Assembly: GCF_006345805.1 (NCBI RefSeq)
Contig: NC_042997.1
Span: 96,720,001 to 96,784,000, forward strand
DNA: 64,000 nucleotides
Direction of reading: 5' to 3'
DNA from: Octopus sinensis
Lineage: Eukaryota
The position numbers and the translations under genes were made by a program. Below the pieces are notes generated by a model, which made no database searches, was not told the origin of the DNA, and saw only the letters and a list, made by a program, of their open reading frames with translations. This document shows, piece after piece, positions 13,076 through 28,999 of the stretch (the first letter of the stretch is position 1; each line of letters begins with the position of its first letter).

Positions 13076-13610
13076 ATATATATATATGCTTTTATGTATA
13101 CACACACGCACCCACACCCAATAAGGCAAACAATTGGCAGAATTGTTAGAGCTTCGTGTGTCGAATCAATTGCTTTCCAGTAGTCATTGTGACCTGCGCT
13201 CTGACTTTATATGTAACTAGTATCAACTTCATCTCTAATCTTTTGTGGGTATAGGTAAGTAACTCACCGGACCTGTATTAGCATCACGAATAAATTCTCC
13301 CTATTTCCTAACTCTTATAACATCTCATGTCTGTATTACCTACATAAATCGCTGTGTTCGAGCAAGGAAAATGGTTAAAAGTGTACCCGACACAACATAT
13401 ATCATCGGGAAAACGTTTTCTAGTACTTTATCAAGAGGTTGAGAGACCAAAGAAAGGTGTCATAAACACACACATACACACATACAAACACACACACACA
13501 CGCACACACACATAGACACATACGCATGCACACACTCATACACATTTTCTGTCTCTCTCTCTTTAAATGATGTGTATATACATACATACATATATATATA
13601 CATATGCATG

Positions 13611-13656
<46 letters not shown>

Positions 13657-13735
13657 ATTGATATAAATGGTAAGACAACAAAAAAATGAAAGAGACCTCG
13701 ATATTATGTAAATAGAGGAATTTATCTGTATACAG

Positions 13736-13793
<58 letters not shown>

Positions 13794-13797
13794 CATA

Positions 13798-13836
<39 letters not shown>

Positions 13837-13857
13837 TATACACACACACACACACAC

Positions 13858-13891
<34 letters not shown>

Positions 13892-14551
13892 CGTGACATC
13901 AAAATGAATTATGGGGAATAATATATCTTCAGAGTTAATTTATAATAGCATTTTACTCATATTACTTTCAGATGCGTATTCCTGTTGGGTAAGTTTCTTG
14001 GTGTCCTATAATATAATAGTTTTGTGAATTTAATCGGTTTCATGTTTAGATTGAATCACTTGTTGTACACGTTGCCATCCAAAGGTAGACTTTCCTCTAC
14101 AGTTTTATTCCAGAGATGTTACCTATATTGGTGAGTGAAGTGAACTGAAGTTCCGCAAGCAAACCTACTAAGTTGCTTTTACAGTTATATTTTTCTTTAT
14201 AGAGACATTTACACAACAGAAACACGTGTCGGCATATAATATGAAGAAAATACTTTTATATATAAATTTTGAAGATGCATTATTCTCCATTATGTATTTC
14301 GATGTCGTTGTTATACAACAAATTCATTGAAGCAATTGTAATTGTCTATCTGAAGCGATTCTGAATGTTTCATTTCTTTCGATGCGGTTAGCCAAATCTG
14401 GATTTCATCAGAGCGCTAAAAAGGTATCTGCTCAGATTTCAAAGAATCAATACGTTTATGTTACACACACACGCACACACAAACACACACACATGTACAT
14501 ACACACACATATGAACACACACACACACACGCACACACACATATATATATA

Positions 14552-14627
<76 letters not shown>

Positions 14628-14669
14628 TATATATATATACATATATATATATACACGCAGACATACACA

Positions 14670-15490
14670 CACACTTATCGAGTGTTGCCAAAAAATGTAT
14701 TCGTAATTCAATTTTTATTTGTCTTTAGATTAACTCATTAGAAACAATGAAAAAGGCTAGACCAAGCACTAGACATAATAAATTTGTGCTAAAGAGCCCC
14801 ACAACGCCTGAAAATGTATTAGAAACATTGCTAGAGTTCCAAACAATCTGTGCAGTAGAAACGTCTTTTGCTAAGCATTTTAAGATCAGGTGCCATTCGC
14901 ATTTTGAAGCGTGGTCTTTGGAAAATTTAGATTCCAAGAATAGTGCGTGCTGTCAATGAAGGTGATCCTGACCGAAGAGTGTAGTTGCTGCGTGTGGCAA
15001 GATGTGTGGAAGATGTACACTTTCTCACAGATATCATCTGAAGTGACGAAAGTACATTTAAATTAAATAGCTCAATTATCTACCACAATTCCATTGACTG
15101 GGTACATGAGAATCTGCATACGACGGAAGAACAAAATGTTAATTCACCAGGAGTTGCAGTATGGAGTGGTTTATCATCAAAAGAAGGATTAAGTTTATCA
15201 CTTTGATAGATCTCATTTACTTAAACTTGCTGAGACAATCTGTCAGGACAAGTGTATAGGAGGAATTTTTTTTATGATGTAGCGGTCTATCTTCAACATA
15301 ATGAGGCACTACTGCTAGGATTTCAAAGCACTATAGCTTTACGTTATACACACGCGTGGGCTAACATGATAAAGATGAGATTTTTGCAAAAAGGTAGAAT
15401 GGAGAAGCTGTTCAGCAGAATACTCTATGCTTTGATCGGACCTCACACCACTAGACATTTTATGGAGATACTTGAAAGATAAATTTCATT
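14670..15490 (+). pseudogene. Tc1/mariner-superfamily transposase remnant
   Basis: II*SDESTFKLNSS, NSPGVAVWSGLSSK, YLQHNEA (QQDGA-like), SDLTPLDILWRYLKDK. Confidence 0.7.
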
Positions 15491-15756
15491 TTTCAAATCT
15501 AGCAACAGTCAACCAATGTAGGGTAAGTATGTAAGAAGAATATGCACAAATACGGTACAAAATGTTTCTTCACGTTTGCCATTCCATTGCTTTGCGTTCT
15601 CAGTTTGAACAATCATCAGTTTGAAAACGGGTTCAAGGAAAAAATTAAACTTTGTTAATAAATTCTATAATTTTTTGAAATTGTAATGTATTTTAAATGA
15701 TACAATCTTTTTAGACATTTGGGTGCATACATTTATGGAATACCTTGGTGTGTATA

Positions 15757-15841
<85 letters not shown>

Positions 15842-15995
15842 CACATATATGTACATATGTGTGTGCATGTGTGTATATGTGTGTGTATAATCCTAAAGGC
15901 TTAATATTGATTTTTATAAATGAACACATACGCGGTTTTATCTCTCTCTGCGATATATATATATATAGATATATATATATATATATAATATATAT

Positions 15996-16052
<57 letters not shown>

Positions 16053-16713
16053 TATATATATACTTATATATATATATATTTGCGCAATACAATAGTAGAT
16101 ATGTGGGTGTGCGTGTGTAACAAAGGAAATGCATACAGCTGTAGAAATATGCCATCAACAACTTCATAAGTAAGGGATTGCCGATCACAAATGAAATGAC
16201 AAAGTCTATACCAACTTTCTAATTCGCATCATTGCATTTACCTAGTCAAGTTTATATATATATATGAAAATATAAAAAGACAGACGTTATGCTATGTACA
16301 TGATAAATATATATTAGAGTAAGATAAGCGGCTGAAATGCTGAACTGACAGATTGTAGATAAGCATTCGATTCTTTGGCGTTTATAATTTCCATGTTCAG
16401 AAAACTAGCTAACAATGTAGTTTTATACTTACTGCTGTGTAATGTGCATGTAGAAATGGGAAATAATGTTAAATGAAGCGGATCGGCTCCGGCATAAGTA
16501 CATTCCACGTCACGAAGGTAAAGCAGAGACTGAAGTAGGCGAACAATTTATTTTAGATGAAATGTAGTGGAAGCCATATGTAGATTTTACTGCTTGAAAC
16601 ATAAAATTGGATTTACTGTCAAAATGAAGTAAACACTACATCCTAAATGTGAACTCGATTGTACGAAGTATGCTATTAGCATTACAAATCTTGGATATTA
16701 TTATTATTATTAT

Positions 16714-18902
<2,189 letters not shown>

Positions 18903-19331
18903 CATTAAATGCCATTCAGTAGTCATATTTATATTGAGTGCCTCCACTGCAGTCCCGTGAGCATCTTCGTCTACTGCGGTTTTCTTTAGTGTTTTTATTT
19001 TCACTGTATTGAAAGTGCTCTAAGATGTGTGGGGTGCCTTGCAATGCTATGTTCTGTCTGTTTTATATATATATATATATGTTCAAACGATGTAAACCAT
19101 GGTTCGTTTTGTTATCTTACTTTATTATCATCTTATAATCATCTCATAATAATGACTTTTAATACTCATATTACTACCTCAGTCAGTCTAAATGTATATA
19201 TTTGTCGTTATCTGTCATAAATAGCCTTTTTCTATTTGCAAGGTGCATTTCCGTTGATTTTTCATATTTTACCCTTACATTTGCACGTGTATTTTATATT
19301 TTCTTTTCGTAACATATTTGTACCATATATG

Positions 19332-19344
<13 letters not shown>

Positions 19345-19389
<45 letters not shown>

Positions 19390-19401
19390 GTGTGTGTGTG
19401 T

Positions 19402-19467
<66 letters not shown>
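19345..19467. repeat. (TG)n microsatellite
   Basis: direct sequence. Confidence 0.95.
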
Positions 19468-19599
19468 ATGTATATGTATATATACGAATGTCTTTGGGTT
19501 CTGGTTATGCCTTTGTTGACATATTTTTCATCATTCCTTAAACACTTATTATTATAGTTTATATTTACAAATTTATGTATTATGTCGTTTAGATATACT

Positions 19600-22070
19600 T
19601 ATCAAATGTTGGAAGTGAAATGTCAATTTGTTAGCATTTTTTCTTAGTGACTCTTGACAACAAAATATGGTTTATTAGACTCGATCTTCCTGTCATGTGA
19701 TTCGCATATCCTAGGATATAGTTGCTTTGTCGTTCACTAAGACCTTTTTCTGGTTTATAATTATATCATCTCTCTTCTGGCGTCCTTCCGTAGTATTGGC
19801 ACAACTTACAGTGTATGAAAAATCCAAAATGTCAGGTCTGTAGATATTTTTGGGCCAAGATTGGACATCCAGAAACAAAGAAAATCCTTATTTCTTCTTC
19901 ATCATGACATTCTGCAGATATTTATTGTATCCTGCTTCACTATGTGTCTTGGCGGTAAGCTTTTGGGGTAAGCTTTGGGATTAACTTTGATTAACCGCAA
20001 CTAAGAGCCCTTCAGTCTTTGTTCTGAATCGCGAATTTGTCAACCATGGTTTAACATTTTCTTTGTCTATTTCTGTTCTGTTTAGTATATTCTTGTATTC
20101 GTAATATTGGTATTTTCCTTGACATCGTTTTATCATGACATTCTTTAGTTCCAGTTTAAGCTTAGATTTTGGCTGCGTTACGGCCACTGCTTTATATTTT
20201 CAGGCTCGTTTGAAGATAGAAAATTGTGCTTTTGCTTTGATCGTGTCATAAAAATTATTAAAGTTTTCAGAATTTTGAAGTGGATATTTTAATATACCAA
20301 GTGAACGTTTGTGTTCGCCGTCTGAACATTATGGGAGTATGCTTGTGTTATGTCTAATTCGCATTTTGGGTTTTTTTGCCTTTACAAATTGTAATATTTC
20401 TTATTACAAATATGGAATATATTTGCTTATAATATAAGTTAATACAGTTATACGGATATGTTGAAATTTTTTTGTCTAAAATGAATGCGGTAACTATCAG
20501 TGCTATTTTGGGGACCATTTATAAAGTATAGTATAACCATTGGTGTATTGTATTTTATCTATCTGTTAGGCACTTTCTCTCATACAATATGAAATTATTG
20601 TTGGTGTTGTTTTCGTTGATGTAGACTAAATTTTCCTTGATCTAATATGAACGACATTCAAGCCATGAACTTCCAGTCTTTTCTTTCAGACTATATCCCT
20701 GACTATATTATCTAATGCATCCTACCTTTTTCGGCGTAATATGATGTAACTGGACAACGATATAGTCGATATTTCTAGCAGGAAGAGAATCCAAATGGAT
20801 GCTTTTTGATACGCAATACAATATTTATTTGTGGTTGTTTTTATTTGCTTTAATTCTATTTTGATACCTTATATATTTATATAGTTTCCGCTTCTTTCAG
20901 CACTTTTCGTCAATACAATAGAGATGTCTATCAGAATATATATTTTAATTTCTGTTTCGTTTCCTTTATTATTATAGTTATATGATTATCATATACTGAA
21001 CTGTTATAATGAATGTGGTCGATCTTTCCTTTGTCTCAAGTTTATAATATGTTGTTAACGATAACATCTTGTTTTATTGTATTTTACTATTTCTATATGA
21101 CTACACATTGATATAATACAGCAAAAGTTTGTTCTTCTAGTTATTTGTTTTTTTTTTTCATTTCTGAGTCTCAACCGTCGTCAGATTTTTATATTAACTG
21201 ATTTCTTCTATGTCCAATTTTGAAGCACTATGAACATATGTATATTTTTCTCTCGATTTTCTTCCTCTGGTATTTTTCTTTTACTTCTTTTTGCAAATAT
21301 CTACTGCATTGTTCCACGCAGTAGACGTGGTTACTAACTTCTTATTCGAAAATATATTAATACGTTCAAGTACTTCCTTTATGTACATTTTGTCCAATAT
21401 CATCATGACATGATTTGCTGTCAAAGGATGTTCTAATCAATCTATCAATATCCATACTATACGAAAGTGTTGCTTTCTCCATTTTTTTGTCCAGTAAGCG
21501 CTCAGTTGCTATTGCTGTTCTTTACATCTATAAATCCTGCTTTATTGTATTTCTTCTTCTTAGAAGACATGTTAATCTTCCAAGAATTGCCAACATATAG
21601 CTACCAGCGTTTCGAATATAGCTGTTAAACAGGTTATCTGTTCGTATATCTGGAATGTTATGGGAATTTTTTATTTTTGCATTTTTATGTAGTTGTGTTT
21701 TCTACTCATCGTATCAGAATATTGTATTGTAAATTTTCATTCTACATATTCTCTCAATATGACTATGGCGGTTTTTATTTCTGTTCTATCAGAAACTTTA
21801 TGTATTTCAAATACACAATTCTGAAGCACTCACATTTTTGAAAGTATATTATTCTTCATGCTTTGATCGACTCATTTCTCTCAGCTTTTTCATATGCAGG
21901 ATCGCTTTTCTTAATATTTCGCTTTCTGTAACCTTGACTCTCACCTTAATGCCCATCTTAACTTCTCCTTCGCCGTCTTCGGTACCAGCTTTTTCGGTAC
22001 GAAGCTTCAGCCCCGTTCTATATAAGCAATTAACCCCCAACCTCCTCAAACCGAACACGTTATTTTTTTA
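19600..22070 (-). pseudogene. old, heavily degraded R4/Dong-like LINE
   Basis: minus strand KTEGLLVA, CRICH..EE, SGCPILAQKYL, CKLCQYYG, KATIL, IESNKP remnants collinear with the 35901-37598 ORF; upstream limit uncertain. Confidence 0.65.
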
Positions 22071-23114
22071 ATCCCTTCTTTGGTGACATATGTAGATCTT
22101 CCATCTCGTTACAGATACAGATTCTTTAGTATCACATCGCTTCTATTCTCTTGGCTTCCTTCCGGTATATGGCGTATCCTTTATTACTCCCTCTCCCGGT
22201 TAAGGGATCATAAAGAACTTTGAGTATATAGTGACCCTCCTCGCCACATGATAGTTCTCAAGATCGCTAAACGTACGCCTTGTCCATATTATACAACAAA
22301 ATAAAAACAATAATGCTATGACTAGCACAATAACGTTGCAAATTTGATCTATTAGTACATAGATCTAACTATCAAATTTTAACTCTTTCGAGAAATATGT
22401 GTGCGGTATTGATATTGGCATTTGCGTATCTTAGTAAATGAAATTATAAAAATGCTATGACAATTACAGAAAAGCAACTATATAACATAACATTAGTTTT
22501 GAAATAGTTTATTATTGTTATAATAATAGGAATTACCTTATCGTCCAAAAGCTATATGAAATTGTAGCGATTTACATATACCTGGTTGCATAATTAAAAG
22601 GGTGAAGGCAGTTGAGGAACGTATCTATCATTTCATTTGTACACGATATACATTCACTTTTGTAAAAGTATTTATGCGATATAAGATAGACACACGCATG
22701 CTTCGAAAGGATAAACAATAATAAGAGTTTTGACTATTGTTAAGGCTTTTATACACACGACTTCGAACTTCTTTTGTTAAAATTGAACATTTTTTATGGA
22801 TGTTTTCTAAGGTGGACCTATCTTTCATTTAAATAAATTATCTATTAAACAATTTTTTACTTCTTTCAGTCATTGGTCTGCGGCCATGCAGGAGCACTGC
22901 CTTCCAGATTTTCTGATAACAGATCGATTCTACTTTGTATTTTTAAATCAGCTAGGTATTCCATTGACATCTTTTGCAGAAACGCTAATGTATGGGGACG
23001 TAAAGAAGCGAAAACTTGTGGCCAAGCATTGAGTGAAAGTTGGGAAACACAGACACACACATGCATACATGCACACACACACGCATATATATATACATGC
23101 ATACATACATATAT

Positions 23115-23161
<47 letters not shown>

Positions 23162-23257
23162 CGGGAAGGTTTACGAAAATAAACAAAAGACGAAGGCAGG
23201 TGGAGTACAAAGAAACAATTGTATTAGTATGGGGCTCAGGAATAGAAATAAAACAAG

Positions 23258-23295
23258 TCTTTTACGTTTCAAGCCTACACTCTTCGACAGAAAGA
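23258..23295 (-). ncRNA. minimal hammerhead motif with variant core
   Basis: tcttt-CTGTCGA-a-gagt-gtag-gctt-GAAAC-g-TA-aaaga; stem I tcttt/aaaga. Confidence 0.55.
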
Positions 23296-23749
23296 TACAC
23301 AGAAAAGAAACAAGGAAGAAACAAGGAGAAAAAAAAATGCGTGTAGGGGCTAACGGTCCATCATGGCGTTCTGATTTCAGGCAGAAGTCAGAGGTCAGAT
23401 TTCAGACGTCATAGGTCAGACGTTAGACGCTAGAGGGATAGTAGGGGAGATAACAGGGTCAAGTGACTTCGCCCCAATATAAAGGTGCGTGTGTGTATAA
23501 GAGAGTATGTATGTGCGTGTGAAAGAGGGCTGGTGGTCTAGACGTGTGTATGTATGTGTGGGTGTGGAGAGATGGGGATGGGTGTGTGGGTGGTGTGTTG
23601 TGATATGATATGTGTATGTATGTGTAGATGTAAAGATGTCGGGATGGGTGCGTGGGCGGTGTACTGTGGGTGGTGTGTTGTGATGTGATGTGTAATGTGG
23701 GCGGTGTGCAGTGGGTGGCGTGTTGTGATGTGATGTGTAATGTCGTATG

Positions 23750-24218
23750 GCAAAATTGTTTTCTGAAACTACGGATGCAAAAGTAAAAAAAATGTGGTAG
23801 ACCAAACTGCCCAACATGCCCAAACCTTCTAGAAGGATCAGAATTCCTCTTCAAAGAGGGACAAAAATTCAAGATCAAATCTAATTTTACTTGTGCTTCT
23901 GAAAACATAATTTATGTCATAAGATGCTCGGGCTGCCACCAAAACTACGTGGGGTCCACGGGATTATCACTCAGACGTAGATGCACACTGCATCGACAAC
24001 AGATTGCATTCCCAGAATACAGAATGATACCCTTTAGTGAGCATATTGAGAAATGCGCAGAGCAACTACTACCACAATTTTTAATCTTTCCATTTTATCA
24101 ATGTGCTATTGGAACACCAACACAAATTAGACTAAACAAGGGAACATTCTTCATTGAAAAATATAAGCCCAAACTTAACCACTCTAACATTCTTATACAG
24201 AGAATCTCACCCCATTAA
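23750..24218 (+). pseudogene. GIY-YIG endonuclease domain of a Penelope-like element
   Basis: CGRPNCPTC...FTCASENIIYVIRCSGCHQNYVGSTG...RRRCTLH...FFIEKYKPKLN; 1-nt frameshift in the A8 run near 23785. Confidence 0.88.
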
Positions 24219-24537
24219 ATAAAAGGGACAAGAAATATAAAGCGATTATCTCCCTTACACCGGAAGAAATCACTTATTACCTCCCCTTACCTGGAACTTT
24301 CTTTACACTTCATAACGAAGACATAACACGATGTTTTGAGAAATTTGAAAAGTTAACACGAAACCGGTAATTTCTTCAAAAACTATATCACTGTATGAAA
24401 AAATTTTATAACATTCTTCTGACATAATGACTCAAATATATTTTTTAACCTTTTAAAACAAGCCTTCTGTAGTTTTTTCACTTTTTACTATTTTCTATAT
24501 ATTCAACCGCGTGCTTTCACACACCAACGTTCTCACC

Positions 24538-24575
<38 letters not shown>

Positions 24576-24582
24576 ATATATA

Positions 24583-25970
24583 ACGGGAAGGTTTACGAAA
24601 ATAAACAAAAGACGAAGGCAGGTGGAGTACAAAGAAACAATTGTATTAGTATGGGGCTCAGGAATAGAAATAAAACAAGTCTTTTACGTTTCAAGCCTAC
24701 ACTCTTCGACAGAAAGATACACAGAAAAGAAACAAGGAAGAAACAAGGAGAAAAAAAATGCGTGTAGGGGCTAACGGTCCATCATGGCGTTCTGATTTCA
24801 GGCAGAAGTCAGAGGTCAGATTTCAGACGTCATAGGTCAGACGTTAGACGCTAGAGGGATAGTAGGGGAGATAACAGGGTCAAGTGACTTCGCCCCAATA
24901 TAAAGGTGCGTGTGTGTATAAGAGAGTATGTATGTGCGTGTGAAAGAGGGCTGGTGGTCTAGACGTGTGTATGTATGTGTAGATGTAAAGATGTCGGGAT
25001 GGGTGCGTGGGCGGTGTACTGTGGGTGGTGTGTTGTGATATGATATGTGTATGTATGTGTAGATGTAAAGATGTCGGGATGGGTGCGTGGGCGGTGTACT
25101 GTGGGTGGTGTGTTGTGATGTGATGTGTAATGTGGGCGGTGTGCAGTGGGTGGCGTGTTGTGATGTGATGTGTAATGTCGTATGGCAAAATTGTTTTCTG
25201 AAACTACGGATGCAAAAGTAAAAAAAATGTGGTAGACCAAACTGCCCAACATGCCCAAACCTTCTAGAAGGATCAGAATTCCTCTTCAAAGAGGGACAAA
25301 AATTCAAGATCAAATCTAATTTTACTTGTGCTTCTGAAAACATAATTTATGTCATAAGATGCTCGGGCTGCCACCAAAACTACGTGGGGTCCACGGGATT
25401 ATCACTCAGACGTAGATGCACACTGCATCGACAACAGATTGCATTCCCAGAATACAGAATGATACCCTTTAGTGAGCATATTGAGAAATGCGCAGAGCAA
25501 CTACTACCACAATTTTTAATCTTTCCATTTTATCAATGTGCTATTGGAACACCAACACAAATTAGACTAAACAAGGGAACATTCTTCATTGAAAAATATA
25601 AGCCCAAACTTAACCACTCTAACATTCTTATACAGAGAATCTCACCCCATTAAATAAAAGGGACAAGAAATATAAAGCGATTATCTCCCTTACACCGGAA
25701 GAAATCACTTATTACCTCCCCTTACCTGGAACTTTCTTTACACTTCATAACGAAGACATAACACGATGTTTTGAGAAATTTGAAAAGTTAACACGAAACC
25801 GGTAATTTCTTCAAAAACTATATCACTGTATGAAAAAATTTTATAACATTCTTCTGACATAATGACTCAAATATATTTTTTAACCTTTTAAAACAAGCCT
25901 TCTGTAGTTTTTTCACTTTTTACTATTTTCTATATATTCAACCGCGTGCTTTCACACACCAACGTTCTCA

Positions 25971-25972
<2 letters not shown>
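24583..25972. mobile_element. near-identical tandem copy 2 of the Penelope-like element (GIY-YIG 25185-25653; hammerhead 24680-24717)
   Basis: same junctions, same frameshift, same hammerhead variant; differs in the internal minisatellite. Confidence 0.9.
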
Positions 25973-26011
<39 letters not shown>

Positions 26012-26161
26012 TATATATAAATGAAAGACTAGTGCGATCCGAAAAAAAATCTTGAAGCCGGAATTTAGTAAGCGCCCAGCATATGCACAACTTGCATAGA
26101 TGACAAAAATAGAATGATATTCAATCAACAATGTTTATTAATCGGTGTATTTTATATACTA

Positions 26162-28999
26162 CTAGCAGCATAGCCCGGCGTTGCCCGGAATTAAGTTAGG
26201 ATTATTGCGTGATCAAGCACTATATTTCAAACTAAAATAAGTGACACCGACGTCAAATTTGAGCGAAATCCGTTGAAATTGGTAAACGTTTGGATGAAAA
26301 TGGGTTGCAGGTAATTTGATTGGGAAATCACATAAGGAATCGGTTTATCGATTATTTCCACTCATCGATTGCTTTTTTTTCAGAGAACTTAAAGCATTTA
26401 AAGATCCCATGAGTCCTAAGTAATGCTGGTACCAAGTTTGAGCAAAATATGTCAAAATTGGTAAAAGTTATGGTTGAAAATGGGGTGTAGCCAATTTTAG
26501 TGGGAAATCCTGTAAGGAATCGATTTATCAATGTTTTATCCTGATTGAATGGAAAACCCCAAATGGATGCCTGCCACCAATAGTGTTTGGCATTGATATA
26601 TGTTGATGGACATGGCGAAGCATGGTCTCACCGGGAACTGCGATCTGCAGAAGTTGAACGGCATGTCTGACCCCAATGGATAAAACTGCATCCTTGAAAT
26701 GAAAATATTTTCACCCCTCCCGCACCCTCTAATATTGGTGGCCTCTATCAAGTGGGGCGTCGGGGACTTGATTACTAAGCGGGTCCCGTTGCACTCTTTA
26801 GGCGGAAGCAAGTTTCTGATTAGTATAAGTGGGCATCCAACCCTTAGCCTAAGAATGAGAGGTGGAAGCTTTGCCGGATCCAATGAGTTGAGAAACTCGA
26901 TAGGGTAATCGACAATGTCTTGGGGGTCAGAGTTCTGGGCAGTTGATTTGTAGATGCGCTCTTCACCTGGAATTTGGCTTATGAGCTGGTCGTTGATAGC
27001 ACTGATAGCTACGTTTTTTTTTGGGGGGGGGGGGGCAGGGTGGTTCTTTCACAAGCCAATTGATGCCTGCATAATTACTTTCCAGATTAGGGAACACTGT
27101 TTCCAAAAGATCGGAAGGGTTGTCCACAGTGTTGTACAGTTCAGAGATAGATATGTCGCCCCTGTCATTCCTAGGGACCATGCCTTCTCCAGGGGCTAAA
27201 ATGTCTTCAGCAAATGCTGCAGACGTGCTATCACCATGCAAGTGAGCACGCATATTTGTGCTTAGGCTTAAGGTCTTAACTTGGAGCCACAACGTGGATG
27301 ATTTAAGGCATGCGCTCACTTCATCAGCCCGTCTCCCTTCAGGGATAACAGGAAGGGTTTGCCGGAAATCTCCTGAAAGCAATAGAGTTACACCACCCAT
27401 AGAAGCTGTAGAATCCCTGATACCTTTCAGTGACCGGTCCAGTGCCTTAAGGGCACCCTTATTGGTCATTGTGCATTCATCCCATACAATGAGACGGCAC
27501 AGTCTAAGAATTTCATCTTCCTCTGAATTTTTTCCAATGTTGCCAGTAGGAACCTCGGCTCTCACCAAATGTAAAGGCAGGTTGAATACCGAGTGTGCCG
27601 TCCTACCTCTCGGGAATAACGTAGCAGCAATTCTCGAAGAAGCAACGGCTAGCGCAATTTGTTTCTCGCGACGAATCTTAGCAAGTATTAATTGTGTTAC
27701 AAAGGATTTGCCTGTACCTCTAGTAGCATCGAGGAAATAAATGCCGCCCGCCTGATTTTCAATGGCACTGACGATAGTTTCGTACACTAGCCTCTGATCA
27801 TGGAACACTTTCGGGTCATTTAATCTCAGGTACTCCGCAAGGCCATCAGCGTCATATAGCAACTCCAGAAGTAACTTTTATGGGAGTGTGTTAACGTCCT
27901 GTCGCAATGATGATGGCAAACCAAATGTGTTCAACGCTGCCCCACCCATTTTGAGCAGGGCATCATCGATTTCAATCAGCGCATTATTGTAGATCAGGTC
28001 ATTGTATGCAATGTCAGCATTAGGGCACTGTTGCTTTACAAATCATCATTTGCCTTGACCACCGAGAAAGCAAAATTACGTACAGAGAATTTCATAAACA
28101 GAAATGAATGGAAAAAACGGTTTTACATTAAATTTTTAGATTAACACTTCCACGAGTTTCACTAAGAGAAAAAATCGGAATTTTTGTGTGGAATCAACTA
28201 CCCTGGCTTCCTAATATGCTACAAGACCCTTTTTGTGGTCCAAGAAACGGGGTGGGTGTGATGGAGCCTCGGAAATTTTGCCCATTTATATTGTGTAATT
28301 CACTGACAAATTGTTACCTACCACTTTGTTTCTATGTTGTTAAATGAATAGATTCTCAACAAAATACTTTTTACCTCGACGTAAAATAAAAACAAAACTC
28401 TTTCGCGCTCAAAGTAATGTGTGTTTGAGGATGGAGAAAGACGAACGATGTAAGATAAATAAATGATTTGAAATATATATTTTTTAATTGTTGTGCGAGA
28501 AAGTATATATAATCTGATTGTAAAATATAGTGTTTTTTCTGAAACATCCTAAATTTGAATACTATATCTCGTGTTTAAGAAAAAAACATTTTACATTTTT
28601 ATTTTTGGTGATCGCTGTCACTTTCTCTCTCCGTCACACACACACACACATACATCAACACATAACTTCTCTCACCCTCACACACACACACATACATCAA
28701 CACATAACTTCTCTCACCCTCACACATACACACACACACACATGTTCACTTCGCTATGGCAAGAAGGGACTTAACTCATGTTAGCAATCTTCAAAATTGG
28801 TAAAAGCTAAGGTTGAAAATCAATTTTTACCGCTACCCGCGGGTGCCTCGGGGAAAATAATTTGACAAAAATACAGTTAGGATCGTGACGAATGTCCTCC
28901 TAAAATTGGAGCGACATGCGTGCTAATTAGTGGATGTGCATAAATTACATTCATGTACACACACACATACATACACATCTTGCCTTTTATATATACAGA
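26162..28999 (-). mobile_element. Helitron deletion derivative
   Basis: minus 5' A|TCTGTATATATAAAAGG; 3' hairpin ccgggcaacgccggg then CTAG|T; helicase inside; no Rep (HUH) domain seen. Confidence 0.88.
26536..28040 (-). pseudogene. Helitron Pif1-family helicase, fragmented (ORF 26963-27862 and 26536-26883)
   Basis: FLDATRGTGKS (Walker A), ASSRIAATL, GRTAHS, IVWDECTM, LLSGDFRQTLPV, CNGTRL, QFPVRPCFAMSIN; upstream IYNNALIEIDD..FGLP. Confidence 0.93.

Larger units (their letters stand above)
23161..24537. mobile_element. Penelope-like element (Neptune-like) with internal inversion, copy 1
   Basis: minus-strand 3' region with hammerhead (23161-23749) joined to plus-strand Cys-rich linker and GIY-YIG coding (23750-24218); (TA)n on both sides. 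Confidence 0.85.
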
